From sequence record PP680570.1: a stretch of DNA of 64,000 nucleotides. One strand, given 5' to 3'. The notes below the pieces were generated by a model. The model did no database searches. It was not told where the DNA came from and saw only the letters and a program-made list of their open reading frames with translations. A program made the position numbers and the translations under genes. Position 1 is the first letter of the stretch. Each line of letters opens with the position of its first letter. Positions 46,591 to 56,212 of the stretch are shown piece by piece. Source of the DNA: Enterococcus phage VRE9_4.

Positions 46591-46923
46591 ATGTTAATGA
46601 TTAGTGGTTCAAGAGGCAGTGGAAAAACTTTTAGTGCTTTATTATATGCTAGTAAAATGGCTTATCCTTTGGTGGTTAGAGATAAACGAATGGTTAAATA
46701 TGTAAGAACCTTAGCAAATGCAACGAATATTCCTTTAACTAAGGAACCAATTACCTTTAAAGAATATGCTAAAATTTGTAAAAGAGAATTTGGTGAATCT
46801 AATGATGAGTTAGAATTTGGTTATGTAGTTGATGAACTTCAAGATTTTGAGCAATCTTTTTCTGAAGTTGAATTATTTAATTGTCGAGCCTATACATGTA
46901 CTTTAGTAGAGAGTTTTTTTTAA
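46591..46923 (+). CDS. small P-loop-containing protein (110 aa)
   Basis: Walker A-like ISGSRGSGKTFS at the N-terminus. Confidence 0.45.
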   Translation: MLMISGSRGSGKTFSALLYASKMAYPLVVRDKRMVKYVRTLANATNIPLTKEPITFKEYAKICKREFGESNDELEFGYVVDELQDFEQSFSEVELFNCRAYTCTLVESFF

Positions 46924-46947
46924 AAATGAAAAATGAGGGAGATAAAA

Positions 46948-47142
46948 ATGACAATTGATCAGATAATTAAACAATTAGAATCTCTGCCAGAGGACGAAAA
47001 GAAATTAAAGTTATATGTTTGTGATATAAATGGAGACAATTATGAGATTGATTCTATTTCTCTATACGACGAAGAAGCTAAGCATAGTCCTACTAATCCT
47101 CTTGGTTTTAATTATTCAATCAAAAGAGGTACTGAAAAATGA
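46948..47142 (+). CDS. hypothetical protein (64 aa)
   Basis: ATG 46948 after GAGGGAGA. Confidence 0.4.
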   Translation: MTIDQIIKQLESLPEDEKKLKLYVCDINGDNYEIDSISLYDEEAKHSPTNPLGFNYSIKRGTEK

Positions 47143-47399
47143 AATATGTAGCAATTTTTATGCCAGATTTGCTTTACATGGATGATAAGATAGGGGACTT
47201 CCATTTCATCTGGAATCCCCAGACAAGAATGTTTCACCAGCGTAGTGATTCTGATACAACTTATCCACCACTTGTTATTCTTGAAGGTTCTGATTGGTTG
47301 TTGTTCTTAGTTGATGGACGTGATGGTTGGGGAGAAATTAAAAAAGCGTCCAAAACTCAATTTATAATTTCACAAATTGCTATGGAGGATCAGCTATGA
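47139..47399 (+). CDS. hypothetical protein (86 aa)
   Basis: ATGA-coupled. Confidence 0.5.
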   Translation: MKYVAIFMPDLLYMDDKIGDFHFIWNPQTRMFHQRSDSDTTYPPLVILEGSDWLLFLVDGRDGWGEIKKASKTQFIISQIAMEDQL

Positions 47400-47608
47400 A
47401 CGTAAACTTAAAAGCATTTTTAATTACCGCTGGACTAGTTTTGCTTGCAGCATTTTCATTTCTTTTTATAGTTCAGAATATGGCATTAGCCGGTAATTTA
47501 TTTATAATTGCTTGTTTGGTTGGCGCTGTTTATGTTTTATTTGGTATTGTAAAAGAAATATTAATATACAAAGAAAATAATAAAAATAAAAAGGATGATG
47601 AAAAATGA
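47396..47608 (+). CDS. small membrane protein (70 aa)
   Basis: Two transmembrane helices. ATGA-coupled. Confidence 0.5.
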   Translation: MNVNLKAFLITAGLVLLAAFSFLFIVQNMALAGNLFIIACLVGAVYVLFGIVKEILIYKENNKNKKDDEK

Positions 47609-48207
47609 ACGATTTTCTAAGTATAGGTTCAAAAGTTATCATTACTGTGGAGGGAATGTTCAAGAACGAAATAGGAACTGTTGAACAGATTTACTTTGAT
47701 GATTTAAGTGCTAGTGTTTTCTTAGATTCTTATGGAGCGCCAGAGATCTTTAGTTTTTCTTGTTTACGTCTTATCAATGATGATCGCTTACCTAGCGTAG
47801 AAGAAATGGTTAAAGAAGCCAAAGAAGTTCTTGCAATTGATAAATTTGAAATTGGTGGCAAGGTTGAGATTCTTACTGGAGAATTTACTGGTTCTATTGG
47901 AACAGTTAAATGTATTAATCAAGATAAGAACTCTGTCGATATTGTACTTCCAATTAGCACCACCTATTCTAAAACTCTTGATTTTAAACCAGATGAATTA
48001 GCTGTAGTTTATACTAAAGATAGTTTACCAATTAATGTCCTCAAGATCTCCGAACTTGAAGAAGTTCTTCGCTTGAAAAAGGATATTCAAACCAAGAAAA
48101 TTTTGCGAAAATCCACAATGAACAAGCTGAAAAATTCAAAAAACAACTTGAAGAATTTTACATCAAGCTTCAAGATAAGTATGGGGGCCCACGGCAATGA
48201 AAACTAA
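47605..48207 (+). CDS. hypothetical protein with duplicated G-K-V-x-I small-barrel-like motif (200 aa)
   Basis: Internal repeat: IGSKVIITVEGMFKNEIGTVEQ and IGGKVEILTGEFTGSIGTVKC. Confidence 0.55.
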   Translation: MNDFLSIGSKVIITVEGMFKNEIGTVEQIYFDDLSASVFLDSYGAPEIFSFSCLRLINDDRLPSVEEMVKEAKEVLAIDKFEIGGKVEILTGEFTGSIGTVKCINQDKNSVDIVLPISTTYSKTLDFKPDELAVVYTKDSLPINVLKISELEEVLRLKKDIQTKKILRKSTMNKLKNSKNNLKNFTSSFKISMGAHGNEN

Positions 48208-48484
48208 AGTAATTGCCATTTGCGCCACCATATTAGTAATACTTACTCTCTTGGGTTTATTATTTCTTCCAACACTTATAGGAATATATCCAATCTTAGG
48301 AGATTATATTTTTTGGACAGTTATGACTATGGCTAGTATATCTCTGATTGTTCTGATATACCAAGAAATATTATATAGATTAAACAAGCGTAAGAAAGAA
48401 AAAGAATTTGAAAAACTTCAACAGTATCTTTATAGCGATAAATCTGAAAAACCAAAGGTTAAAGGAATTGTATTCCATAAGTGA
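48197..48484 (+). CDS. membrane protein (95 aa)
   Basis: Two transmembrane helices. Confidence 0.5.
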   Translation: MKTKVIAICATILVILTLLGLLFLPTLIGIYPILGDYIFWTVMTMASISLIVLIYQEILYRLNKRKKEKEFEKLQQYLYSDKSEKPKVKGIVFHK

Positions 48485-48643
48485 GGACATATTTCTCGCA
48501 CATGAAAGTACTTTTGCCGACATATTTCGCGACTAAGTAATATATAGCGTTCCCTTCGGGAACGTAAATAATAGCCTTATATTTTACTCACTTCGTTCGT
48601 AAAATATAAGGTACTGGGCGGCTTCGTACGTGGTGATTTTTAT

Positions 48644-48672
48644 TTGAAATTTTTAGTTTTGCGTGTTATAAT
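48644..48672 (+). promoter_or_regulatory. sigma-A-type promoter (TTGAAA-17-TATAAT) with conserved leader
   Basis: Followed by TAATTATAAAGTTAAATAAGGGG and a TTG start at 48696. Confidence 0.55.
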
Positions 48673-48695
48673 TAATTATAAAGTTAAATAAGGGG

Positions 48696-49049
48696 TTGAA
48701 AGTGTTGAGGAAATATTTCATTGATTCACTATTAAGCGATGCGCCACGAGTTCGTGGTAGAAAAAGAATTATTTTTTATGTTGATGATGATAGTGCATTG
48801 GAAGAAGATTTATTGGAAGCCTTACAAGAATCTAAATTCGATGTTAAATGGCAATCTGGTGCTTCTCCAACACTTTTTAGTGCTATTGAAATGAATGGAT
48901 CAGTTGCGATTCTTTGTACTGAAAGAGAATCAATGGATAACTTTGTATTAACTTTTTGTGATTTAGATTCTGCTTTTTCTTGTGACCATGAAGAAGTCTC
49001 TCGTAAACTTAAATATAGGCTTTTTGCTAGGGCTTGGAGGGGTAGATAA
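48696..49049 (+). CDS. hypothetical protein (117 aa)
   Basis: TTG start after AAGGGG. Confidence 0.5.
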   Translation: MKVLRKYFIDSLLSDAPRVRGRKRIIFYVDDDSALEEDLLEALQESKFDVKWQSGASPTLFSAIEMNGSVAILCTERESMDNFVLTFCDLDSAFSCDHEEVSRKLKYRLFARAWRGR

Positions 49050-49050
49050 T

Positions 49051-49368
49051 ATGAGTATGTTACAATATTATTTATCGAATTTATTAAGACAATGCCGAAA
49101 AGATGGTATTTTTTATATACAATTTGATGTAAGTAATAATAGAAATGTAATGAAGAAACTATTATCTTCACTTGCGTCAATGGAAGGTTATAATATTATT
49201 TGGGGTGGTTCAGGATTTTCTCTTACAAACTACTGTCCTGAGATTGCTCAAACGATTGTTCTAGTTAAAGAGCAGACTGTATTTACAACTTGTCTTATTA
49301 GTCCTGAAGACGATCATTCTGTATATATTCCATTTCATTTAATAAGTAAAGTATTGGAGGAAGGATAA
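49051..49368 (+). CDS. hypothetical protein (105 aa)
   Basis: ATG 49051 after GGAGGGG. The track ORF starts earlier and overlaps the upstream gene. Confidence 0.45.
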   Translation: MSMLQYYLSNLLRQCRKDGIFYIQFDVSNNRNVMKKLLSSLASMEGYNIIWGGSGFSLTNYCPEIAQTIVLVKEQTVFTTCLISPEDDHSVYIPFHLISKVLEEG

Positions 49369-49610
49369 TGGCAATTAAGATAGTAGGACCCATTAAAGAA
49401 TTAACGGAAGGGGAAGATCGTATAGGTTGGATCTCTCCTGCAATGGATGTTTTTAAGGGTGAGATTTTTCAAAAAGGCGATTTTGAGAAAACAAAGGCTT
49501 GGAGGATTAATATAGAGACATACATTCCTAGGGCTAGTGGCTTTTCTTTTGCAAAAAGATGGGTCTTGAACACAGAAGATATTAGGTCTGATTGGTTCAA
49601 ACACGAGTAA
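49368..49610 (+). CDS. hypothetical protein (80 aa)
   Basis: TAATG overlap coupling. Confidence 0.45.
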   Translation: MAIKIVGPIKELTEGEDRIGWISPAMDVFKGEIFQKGDFEKTKAWRINIETYIPRASGFSFAKRWVLNTEDIRSDWFKHE

Positions 49611-49931
49611 AATCCTCCGTCTTGGTAAAAAAATGAAGAAAAATAAAAAAGAAAAAATCCGTGTGATAGACGGTTAAGACGCACAAAACCTAGCCTAGAG
49701 GACACATTAGACGGGAAAATATACGAAAAACTATTCAAGAGCGTCGGAAATTAGCGAAAATCCTCGAAAATCTTTAATCTTGAAATAAAAACCCTCAATG
49801 TTGAGATAAAGATTATTGAAAACCCTCAATGTTGTGTGGCACCCTCCAGTCACAGTTTAACGCAAGGCTGGCCCCGTCCTCCCTTACAGCAAACACGACA
49901 ATACGCGACAAACCTAGAAAGGATGATTTAT

Positions 49932-50309
49932 TTGAATAAACAGCTTAAAATGGCAGTAATCAATGAATATAAAATGGTATGCTACTATGACGATGGCTCT
50001 AGTGAGACTCACTACTCTGGCGAATGGAATGTAGACCAGATGAGGCTCCATGCAATTAAACAGGGCGCCGCCTTCGTATATGCAATATCAGTCCCTAATG
50101 GACACATAGTAGAATATTATGTTAATGATAAGCCAAAAGTGCAAAGCATATCTACGAGCGAGCTATTTAAATTTGGTATCGACAACACTGGGCTGGCCCA
50201 GCCCCACAACCCATGGAAAGAAGACAAGGGCATATCTATGAGCGAGCTCACAGAAACTGACAGTCCCTACTGGTGGCCCCAAACAAAGAGCAACGGCCCC
50301 ACTCAATAA
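49932..50309 (+). CDS. hypothetical protein inside a GC-elevated island (start uncertain)
   Basis: TTG 49932 lies 8 nt after AAAGGA. An alternative ATG is at 49950. The first roughly 30 codons of the track ORF lack an RBS. Confidence 0.4.
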   Translation: MNKQLKMAVINEYKMVCYYDDGSSETHYSGEWNVDQMRLHAIKQGAAFVYAISVPNGHIVEYYVNDKPKVQSISTSELFKFGIDNTGLAQPHNPWKEDKGISMSELTETDSPYWWPQTKSNGPTQ

Positions 50310-50339
50310 ATCCCATTCTTCTCTCTTGGGTGACAACGT

Positions 50340-50368
50340 TTGAAAAATTATATTCATAATGATATAAT
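50340..50368 (+). promoter_or_regulatory. sigma-A-type promoter (TTGAAA-17-TATAAT)
   Basis: CTCTCTTGGG motif at 50321-50330 upstream. Drives the 389-aa gene. Confidence 0.5.
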
Positions 50369-50507
50369 TAATATATAAATGAGATATGAAAAATAAATAA
50401 AAAACATAGGGGGTGGATATGTCCCCCTAGTTTACTCCCCCAGTTTCGGGAGGAGCATTTAGGATTTTCAATTTTCGTTTTTCAATTTTGAAAGGGGATT
50501 TTAGATT

Positions 50508-51677
50508 ATGAAATTATCACGACTAACTCAAGAAGATGTTATTAAAATTATAGAAGGCACTCCAAGAGCACAATTATTTCAAAAACAAAAATCTGGAGAA
50601 GGGTTCACATTAGGATTCATTCTTAATAGATTGGCTCGTAGTATGGTAGTAGCAGAAGATGGAGAAGAGTTTTCTACTTACCAAACTAATGGAGAAGATT
50701 TTTTAATTGGAGAGCGCTATAATGGAGCTACTAGTTTCTATGTTATGGCTGAAAAAGATGTTGACGGACATGACATCAATATTAGTCAATCTGATAGTAT
50801 CTCTAATTTAATCTTGTATCCCCAAATTTATACTCGTGAAGAAGCTAAGGTAATTGGAATGCGCCTGCGTAATACAATTAATGAATTATTAACTTATAGC
50901 TCTAACCTTACAGTAGAAACGAAAGTAGATCCATATGCAATTATTCAAAAAGGATTATTAAACTATCTAATGCCTAAAGAAAGTAGAGTTATTCCAGGCG
51001 CCTATGAATACATGTACAATAATTTAACAGATAAAAAGATTGGAGATATCGTTAGTCCTTTCTATCTATCTGAAGAAGTACGTGCAGGAGCTCCATTCTC
51101 TGTTAAGAAATCATTAGAAAAGATTGACCCTGAACTTGAAATTAAGAATCATGTTGGCTTATATGCAATCTGGTCATGGTCTCAACTATTTACTTCTATT
51201 GAGGAAACTGGTTGGGAAGGCTCATCTACATTAGATGACCTAGGTATTGATCGAAGCTTTATCCAAAAAACACTTGAAAAATTTGATGAAGATATTAAAA
51301 AACATATTGTAGAGATGCAATACGTATATACTTCACGCAAATATGTGAGCGAAGACCATATACGCGATCATCTGGCTAACCTTCAAGTCCCTACAAAGAT
51401 GGGTCCACTTGAGTATGGAATGGTAGCTAACTTTAGTGGTACTACAGGAGTTTATAATTTAGTATCTATTCTAGGCAAACATACACTCTCTAACCCTCGC
51501 CACATGAGAGGATTCCTTCAACCTGCAACTTATGAAGAAGCAATTGATGATCTAACTATTGGAAATATTATTTCAACTGAACCTTATGGACAAAACAAAG
51601 TTGTCTTTGACAGAGCAAGTAGTAGTGTGTCTCGTCATATCTTAAACAGCTTAAGCTATACTGAAGAAGAAGAATAA
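50508..51677 (+). CDS. hypothetical protein (389 aa)
   Basis: RBS GAAAGGGGA. Followed by terminator GGACCC-CTTGT-GGGTCT plus T7 (51684-51707). Confidence 0.6.
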   Translation: MKLSRLTQEDVIKIIEGTPRAQLFQKQKSGEGFTLGFILNRLARSMVVAEDGEEFSTYQTNGEDFLIGERYNGATSFYVMAEKDVDGHDINISQSDSISNLILYPQIYTREEAKVIGMRLRNTINELLTYSSNLTVETKVDPYAIIQKGLLNYLMPKESRVIPGAYEYMYNNLTDKKIGDIVSPFYLSEEVRAGAPFSVKKSLEKIDPELEIKNHVGLYAIWSWSQLFTSIEETGWEGSSTLDDLGIDRSFIQKTLEKFDEDIKKHIVEMQYVYTSRKYVSEDHIRDHLANLQVPTKMGPLEYGMVANFSGTTGVYNLVSILGKHTLSNPRHMRGFLQPATYEEAIDDLTIGNIISTEPYGQNKVVFDRASSSVSRHILNSLSYTEEEE

Positions 51678-52252
51678 AGGTAAGGACCCCTTGTGGGTCT
51701 TTTTTTGTATTAGGCAGGATAATTTATCCTCTCTGTTTTATTATAACATTTTATACAGAAAAAATCAAGGGGTGCTGAGTTTTAGGAAAAAATCCTGGCT
51801 TTACGAGGCAAGCCTTTAACGGGGAAAAAATCTAGCGTGGTGGTCGACATTAGGCTGGGTTCCGGCCGTGCGCGGCCGGCCAAAAAATAACACCCCATTA
51901 TGAGAGAATTCTAATTTTCACAAATTAAAATAACAGTTTTGGGATTTTGGTTTTTTATTCATGTTATTGAATATTAATTCAAGAAGCTGAAAAGCCCGTC
52001 ATATCAACGTTTTGGGACGGTGTTATTTTATAAATTAAGTTTTTTCTGTTATTTTACGTTTTTTAAATAACAAGAGAATTTTAATTTTTCACAAACTATT
52101 ATTAAAAAATAACAAAAAAATTATTAGAAATCTCTAATTTTACAATTTTAAGAAAAATTTGATTTTCAGAAAATTTCATGAAAACTTTCAAAAATATTTT
52201 CATTTTCATAGATTAAAAAATAGTGAGATTTCTCTCACCATTTTCTCATTTA

Positions 52253-53011
52253 TTAATTTTGAAAACTTGCTTCAAATTCTTTCATATTAATTTCAGCAAT
52301 TTTTTCAGAATGAACTTTTGTAGGGATACGCCAGCACATTCTATTTATTTTTCGATTCATTTTTTTGTGTTGTTTATAGCACCATGCCATTATTGCCACT
52401 TCTATATATACATCTGCCAACCCTGTATGTTCCTCTACAAAATCAGTTGTTTTCATCATCCAATTGTAAGCGACTTCTGCATTAGTTTTTAGGTTACCAG
52501 CTTTTGAATAGTAACCATTTTCAAACGCCCACTTTGGAAAACTTTTCTGCGAAAAAATTGTCTGGCAAGCCATATGCCAAATACAATTTATTTCTAAATT
52601 TTTTCCTACTTCATAAGGGAAGAAAAATGGATAGTTTGTCAATTCTTGCCATGTATTATTTAAAGCTTTGACAAAATCAAAATAAGCGTTATAGGCTGCC
52701 ACCGTTTTGATATTGTATTTTTCTATAATGTTAAGAATAACTCTTCTAACATATCTAAACGGCTTCACTTTCATAATTCCCTGAGAAATTTTTTCACGAT
52801 ACAAAGGCAATTTTGCATAGTAATAAGCGCTACGCATTAAAGCATCATCATCAAAAATTTCTGAAATTGCGAACGAATGTTCTTCATAGATATTCCCTTT
52901 TTTGTCAGCTACAACAAAACCTACATCGTAACATAATGGATTTTTTTCAACATCCCCAGCTGTTTCTACATCTAAAACTAAAATATATTTTTTTCTTTTG
53001 TCAATTTTCAT
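52253..53011 (-). CDS. DEDDh 3'-5' exonuclease (DnaQ-like), copy 1
   Basis: Exo motifs LVLDVETAG (I), AYNAYFDF (II), HTGLADVY (III). Confidence 0.7.
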   Translation of the reverse strand: MKIDKRKKYILVLDVETAGDVEKNPLCYDVGFVVADKKGNIYEEHSFAISEIFDDDALMRSAYYYAKLPLYREKISQGIMKVKPFRYVRRVILNIIEKYNIKTVAAYNAYFDFVKALNNTWQELTNYPFFFPYEVGKNLEINCIWHMACQTIFSQKSFPKWAFENGYYSKAGNLKTNAEVAYNWMMKTTDFVEEHTGLADVYIEVAIMAWCYKQHKKMNRKINRMCWRIPTKVHSEKIAEINMKEFEASFQN

Positions 53012-53093
53012 GCTTACCTTTTTCCACCTTTTTAATAAAATATTTTTTGAAAAAATTAAAGGCTAGGTTTTTACGCCTAGCCCTCGGCGTTTC

Positions 53094-53483
53094 TTAAATA
53101 ATTTTGTAACCCACTTTTTTCTTGTCGCTTGTTGCGATTCCTTTTTCTAGGATTCCTTCTTCTACTAAACCTTTTAGGCGTGGGGTCATTTTTTGTGGAG
53201 TGTAGTCAAACTCTAAAGCTTCATTCACTTCTTGACTTGTGTAAAATGTTTCTGGATCAGCTTCTTCAAAGAACCATTCTTGAATTTTTTGCATGTCTGC
53301 GATTTTTTCTTTGTTTGTCTTGCTTTGGCTAGGTTTGCGGTTAGCGTTACGTTTTTGAGCTTGTTCGCCTTTTTCTACGACAAAATCAATAACTTCTTGC
53401 GGTGCTTTTACATTTGACAAGATACGAGCAACTTCTGCAAATTTTTCAGCTACGACTAGTTTTTCAAATTGTGTTTTTTCCAT
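53094..53483 (-). CDS. small DNA-binding-like protein, family B, copy 2
   Basis: ATG 53483 after AAAAAGGTGGAATTTATC. C-terminal TPQKMTPRLKGLVEEGILEKG...KKVGYKII. Confidence 0.55.
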   Translation of the reverse strand: MEKTQFEKLVVAEKFAEVARILSNVKAPQEVIDFVVEKGEQAQKRNANRKPSQSKTNKEKIADMQKIQEWFFEEADPETFYTSQEVNEALEFDYTPQKMTPRLKGLVEEGILEKGIATSDKKKVGYKII

Positions 53484-53765
53484 GATAAATTCCACCTTTT
53501 TAAAATTTTGTTAGTAAGTTGTTCCCTTACTACTCTTTAAGTATAAACGATTTTCAATTATTTTGCAAGTCTTTTTTTTGCTTTATTAGAAAATTCTCAT
53601 TTAAGCTTAAAGAGTAACAAGTGAACTTCCCTCTTAAGTATATCATACTTTTTTTAACTTTGCAAGTATAAAGTTTATTTATTTTTCAAAGAACTTTTTG
53701 CAATCTCTTTCCTTATCTCTAATACTATTATAGCAAACTTGAAAAGAGATTGCAAGCATAAAGTC

Positions 53766-54392
53766 TTAAATAATTTTGTCAATCGTGATTTTTTTGATTA
53801 GTGTTTCAAGTGTTTGTTTGGTTGGTTCGACTAGTAAACGATAATCAGCATGTTTGAATAAACCGAAATCGCTCGCAGTATCTCCCCACGCCTCTATATA
53901 ACTATATTCGTTTGTGTTTATGTTCCACTGAATGCAATCATCTTTTTGTGATTCTGAAAACATGCCCTTAACCTTTCCAGTGAAACGATCATCTGCTTTC
54001 AAATATTCAGTTGCATAGTATGAACAGCCCAAAAAGTCAGCTAAATGTTTAATTAGAAAATCGCTCGAACCTGTAACAAGAACAACTTCAAAGCCTTGTA
54101 AAATTTTTTCTTTTAAATCGTCCAACGTTTCATACCAATTTTTCCCATTTTCTAAAAATTGAGAAACAAACTCTTTTGCATGCATTTCTTTTTCTGTTTT
54201 CCCTGTTATCTCGTTGCGATAATTTTCGGCAACGGCAACAATCAGACTTTCATTTTTAACATCTTTTTTCCATGCTTTAAAAGAGCCATCATCTTTTATG
54301 ATTCCTTTTTCAATTAAAAAACCCGCATGAGATAAAACAACGCTTTTCCTTGTTAGTGTTCCATCTACATCTGTTAGAATTAAATTTTTCAT
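53766..54392 (-). CDS. HAD-superfamily hydrolase (phosphatase-like)
   Basis: Motif I LTDVDGTLT at the N-terminus. Later VLVTGSS and GD...SD motifs. Confidence 0.65.
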   Translation of the reverse strand: MKNLILTDVDGTLTRKSVVLSHAGFLIEKGIIKDDGSFKAWKKDVKNESLIVAVAENYRNEITGKTEKEMHAKEFVSQFLENGKNWYETLDDLKEKILQGFEVVLVTGSSDFLIKHLADFLGCSYYATEYLKADDRFTGKVKGMFSESQKDDCIQWNINTNEYSYIEAWGDTASDFGLFKHADYRLLVEPTKQTLETLIKKITIDKII

Positions 54393-55209
54393 TTCTTTCG
54401 TCCTCCCTTTATCTTATATACTTATTATAGGGGATAAACGATAAAAAGTAAAGCATTTTACACATTAAAATTATTAAAGTTTAATGAGAATTGTTTCTAA
54501 TTTACACACAATTCACCAGGCGTTATTTTATAATTAAATAACAGCTTTTCTTCGGACACATGTTATTTTATAAACCTGTAAGCGCTTACAAACTGCGTCA
54601 GATCAAGCTTTCAATAGATTTTCAGAAATTTTCATTGTTGTTTCAATAACAGGCAAAAAAATACATGTGAAATAATTCACAAACATAAAATAACACCCAA
54701 GAGCAGAAAAAATAACACACTTTGGCTCGTGCGCACATTCACATTCTCTTGCTCTCTTGGAATGAAAAGGCTGTGAAAGCTTGGTATAATAGGCTTCCTG
54801 GGTTGCGAAAAAATTCACATGCATGGACTTTTGGGATATTAAAATAACATTAAAAAACAATTAAATAACGAGCCAAAAACTTGACAGGGATAAAATAACA
54901 CAGTAAAATGGCGCTCGCCAGCGAGCGGCCGAAAAATAACGTCCTCTATTTGTTATTTTATTCATTTCACAAACTTTAGTTTCAGGATTCTGTTATTTTA
55001 TTTTTGAAAATCATTTTTCAATTTATGAAAATGAAAATGAAAGCTTGATACATCAAGGTTTTGGGAGCCTCGCCCCACAATGTTATTTTATCTTCTTCCT
55101 TTGGGGCTGTTATTTTATTTTATACATTTCATAAACTTTACTTTTAAAATAACACGTATTTCTTTGTGAAAAAATTCACAAGCAAAATTAAAAAAAGATG
55201 AGAAGAATC

Positions 55210-55467
55210 TCATCTTTCAAAAATACGCCCTAAATTATAATCAATGTTATAATTAAAATCTGAATAGTCATTAACAACATCAACAAAGTTGAAAAACTCA
55301 ACTACTATTTTTTCGGCTTCTTCTGGCTCTAAACAACCACTCATAATTTCATCATTCAAAATTAATAAATCTTCAATTTTTCGATATAACACTGAAAACT
55401 CATCTTTATCATATACCTCAACTAAAAAAATTTTTCCTGTAGGCATTTTTACAATTACGTTTCCCAT
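55210..55467 (-). CDS. hypothetical protein (85 aa)
   Basis: Own promoter TTGACT-17-TATACT and RBS on the minus strand (55470-55535). Confidence 0.5.
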   Translation of the reverse strand: MGNVIVKMPTGKIFLVEVYDKDEFSVLYRKIEDLLILNDEIMSGCLEPEEAEKIVVEFFNFVDVVNDYSDFNYNIDYNLGRIFER

Positions 55468-55536
55468 TTAATTCATTCCTTTCCTTTACTATATATATAG
55501 TATAACATATAAGTAAAAGGGAGTCAACCCTTTTAC

Positions 55537-55794
55537 TTAATTTTCTTGATTAAATTTTTCTAATCGTTTTAACAAAATTTTTCCATTTATTTTAGCTATT
55601 AATTTGCCAATTAAACTTTTTGACATAGATAAATTTTTAAATCTGAAATAATAGAAATCACTTCTATTTTCTCCTTTTCTAAATTCATAAGCCAGCTTAC
55701 CATTTAAAATTTGATTGTGGAGAAAAATCTTTACTTCTGGGAAACTCTCAATAATATAATAGTTACCATTGTTTACAAAAACATTCATTTGCAT
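55537..55794 (-). CDS. hypothetical protein (85 aa)
   Basis: Own consensus promoter. See promoter feature 55827..55855. Confidence 0.5.
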   Translation of the reverse strand: MQMNVFVNNGNYYIIESFPEVKIFLHNQILNGKLAYEFRKGENRSDFYYFRFKNLSMSKSLIGKLIAKINGKILLKRLEKFNQEN

Positions 55795-55826
55795 TTAATT
55801 CATTCCTTTCTTAACTTTCTATAATT

Positions 55827-55855
55827 ATTATATCAAGGAAAGGGCTGTTTGTCAA
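55827..55855 (-). promoter_or_regulatory. consensus sigma-A promoter TTGACA-17-TATAAT (minus strand), with the -35 inside a hairpin
   Basis: Minus strand reads AGGGTTGACAAACAGCCCT...TATAAT...AAAGGAATGAATTAAATG. Confidence 0.65.
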
Positions 55856-56154
55856 CCCTTTTCCTCAATTTCTTTGATAATTCTTTTTTCGTCCTCTGGT
55901 AACATTTGAATAACAGTCTTTACTACTATAGTTTTATCTGTTTCATTACAGACATATAAGCGAGAACCGAAAACCCACAATTTAAATTCATTCTCTTCAT
56001 TTTTTGGCGTTTTCTTCCTTACGTTCTTAATTTGAAAATCGTTAAGAATTGCCGAACGAACTTGTCTATTATTCATTTGTTCTTTAGCTACTCTTTCTAA
56101 GTAGCGCTCTTTGGCGTGTTGTGTGATAATAACTTTTTTAGTAAATAAAAGCAT
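55852..56154 (-). CDS. hypothetical protein (100 aa)
   Basis: Own promoter TTGACT-17-TATAAT at 56155-56212 (minus strand). Confidence 0.5.
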   Translation of the reverse strand: MLLFTKKVIITQHAKERYLERVAKEQMNNRQVRSAILNDFQIKNVRKKTPKNEENEFKLWVFGSRLYVCNETDKTIVVKTVIQMLPEDEKRIIKEIEEKG

Positions 56155-56212
56155 TTGTTACAACTCCTTTCTATATTCTTATTATATATTATAAGGGTTG
56201 AAAAGTCAACCC

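Noticed and set aside
52223-53417. Plus-strand ORFs 52223..52492, 52813..53097, 53129..53332, 53232..53417
   Set aside because: All are antisense to the exonuclease and wHTH genes. The region is clearly transcribed from the minus strand, with promoters at 53500-53765.
54603-54860. 85-aa ORF on minus strand
   Set aside because: It lies entirely within the iteron- and palindrome-rich AT island. It has no RBS or promoter of the local type, and its product is low-complexity with odd composition. Probably non-coding.
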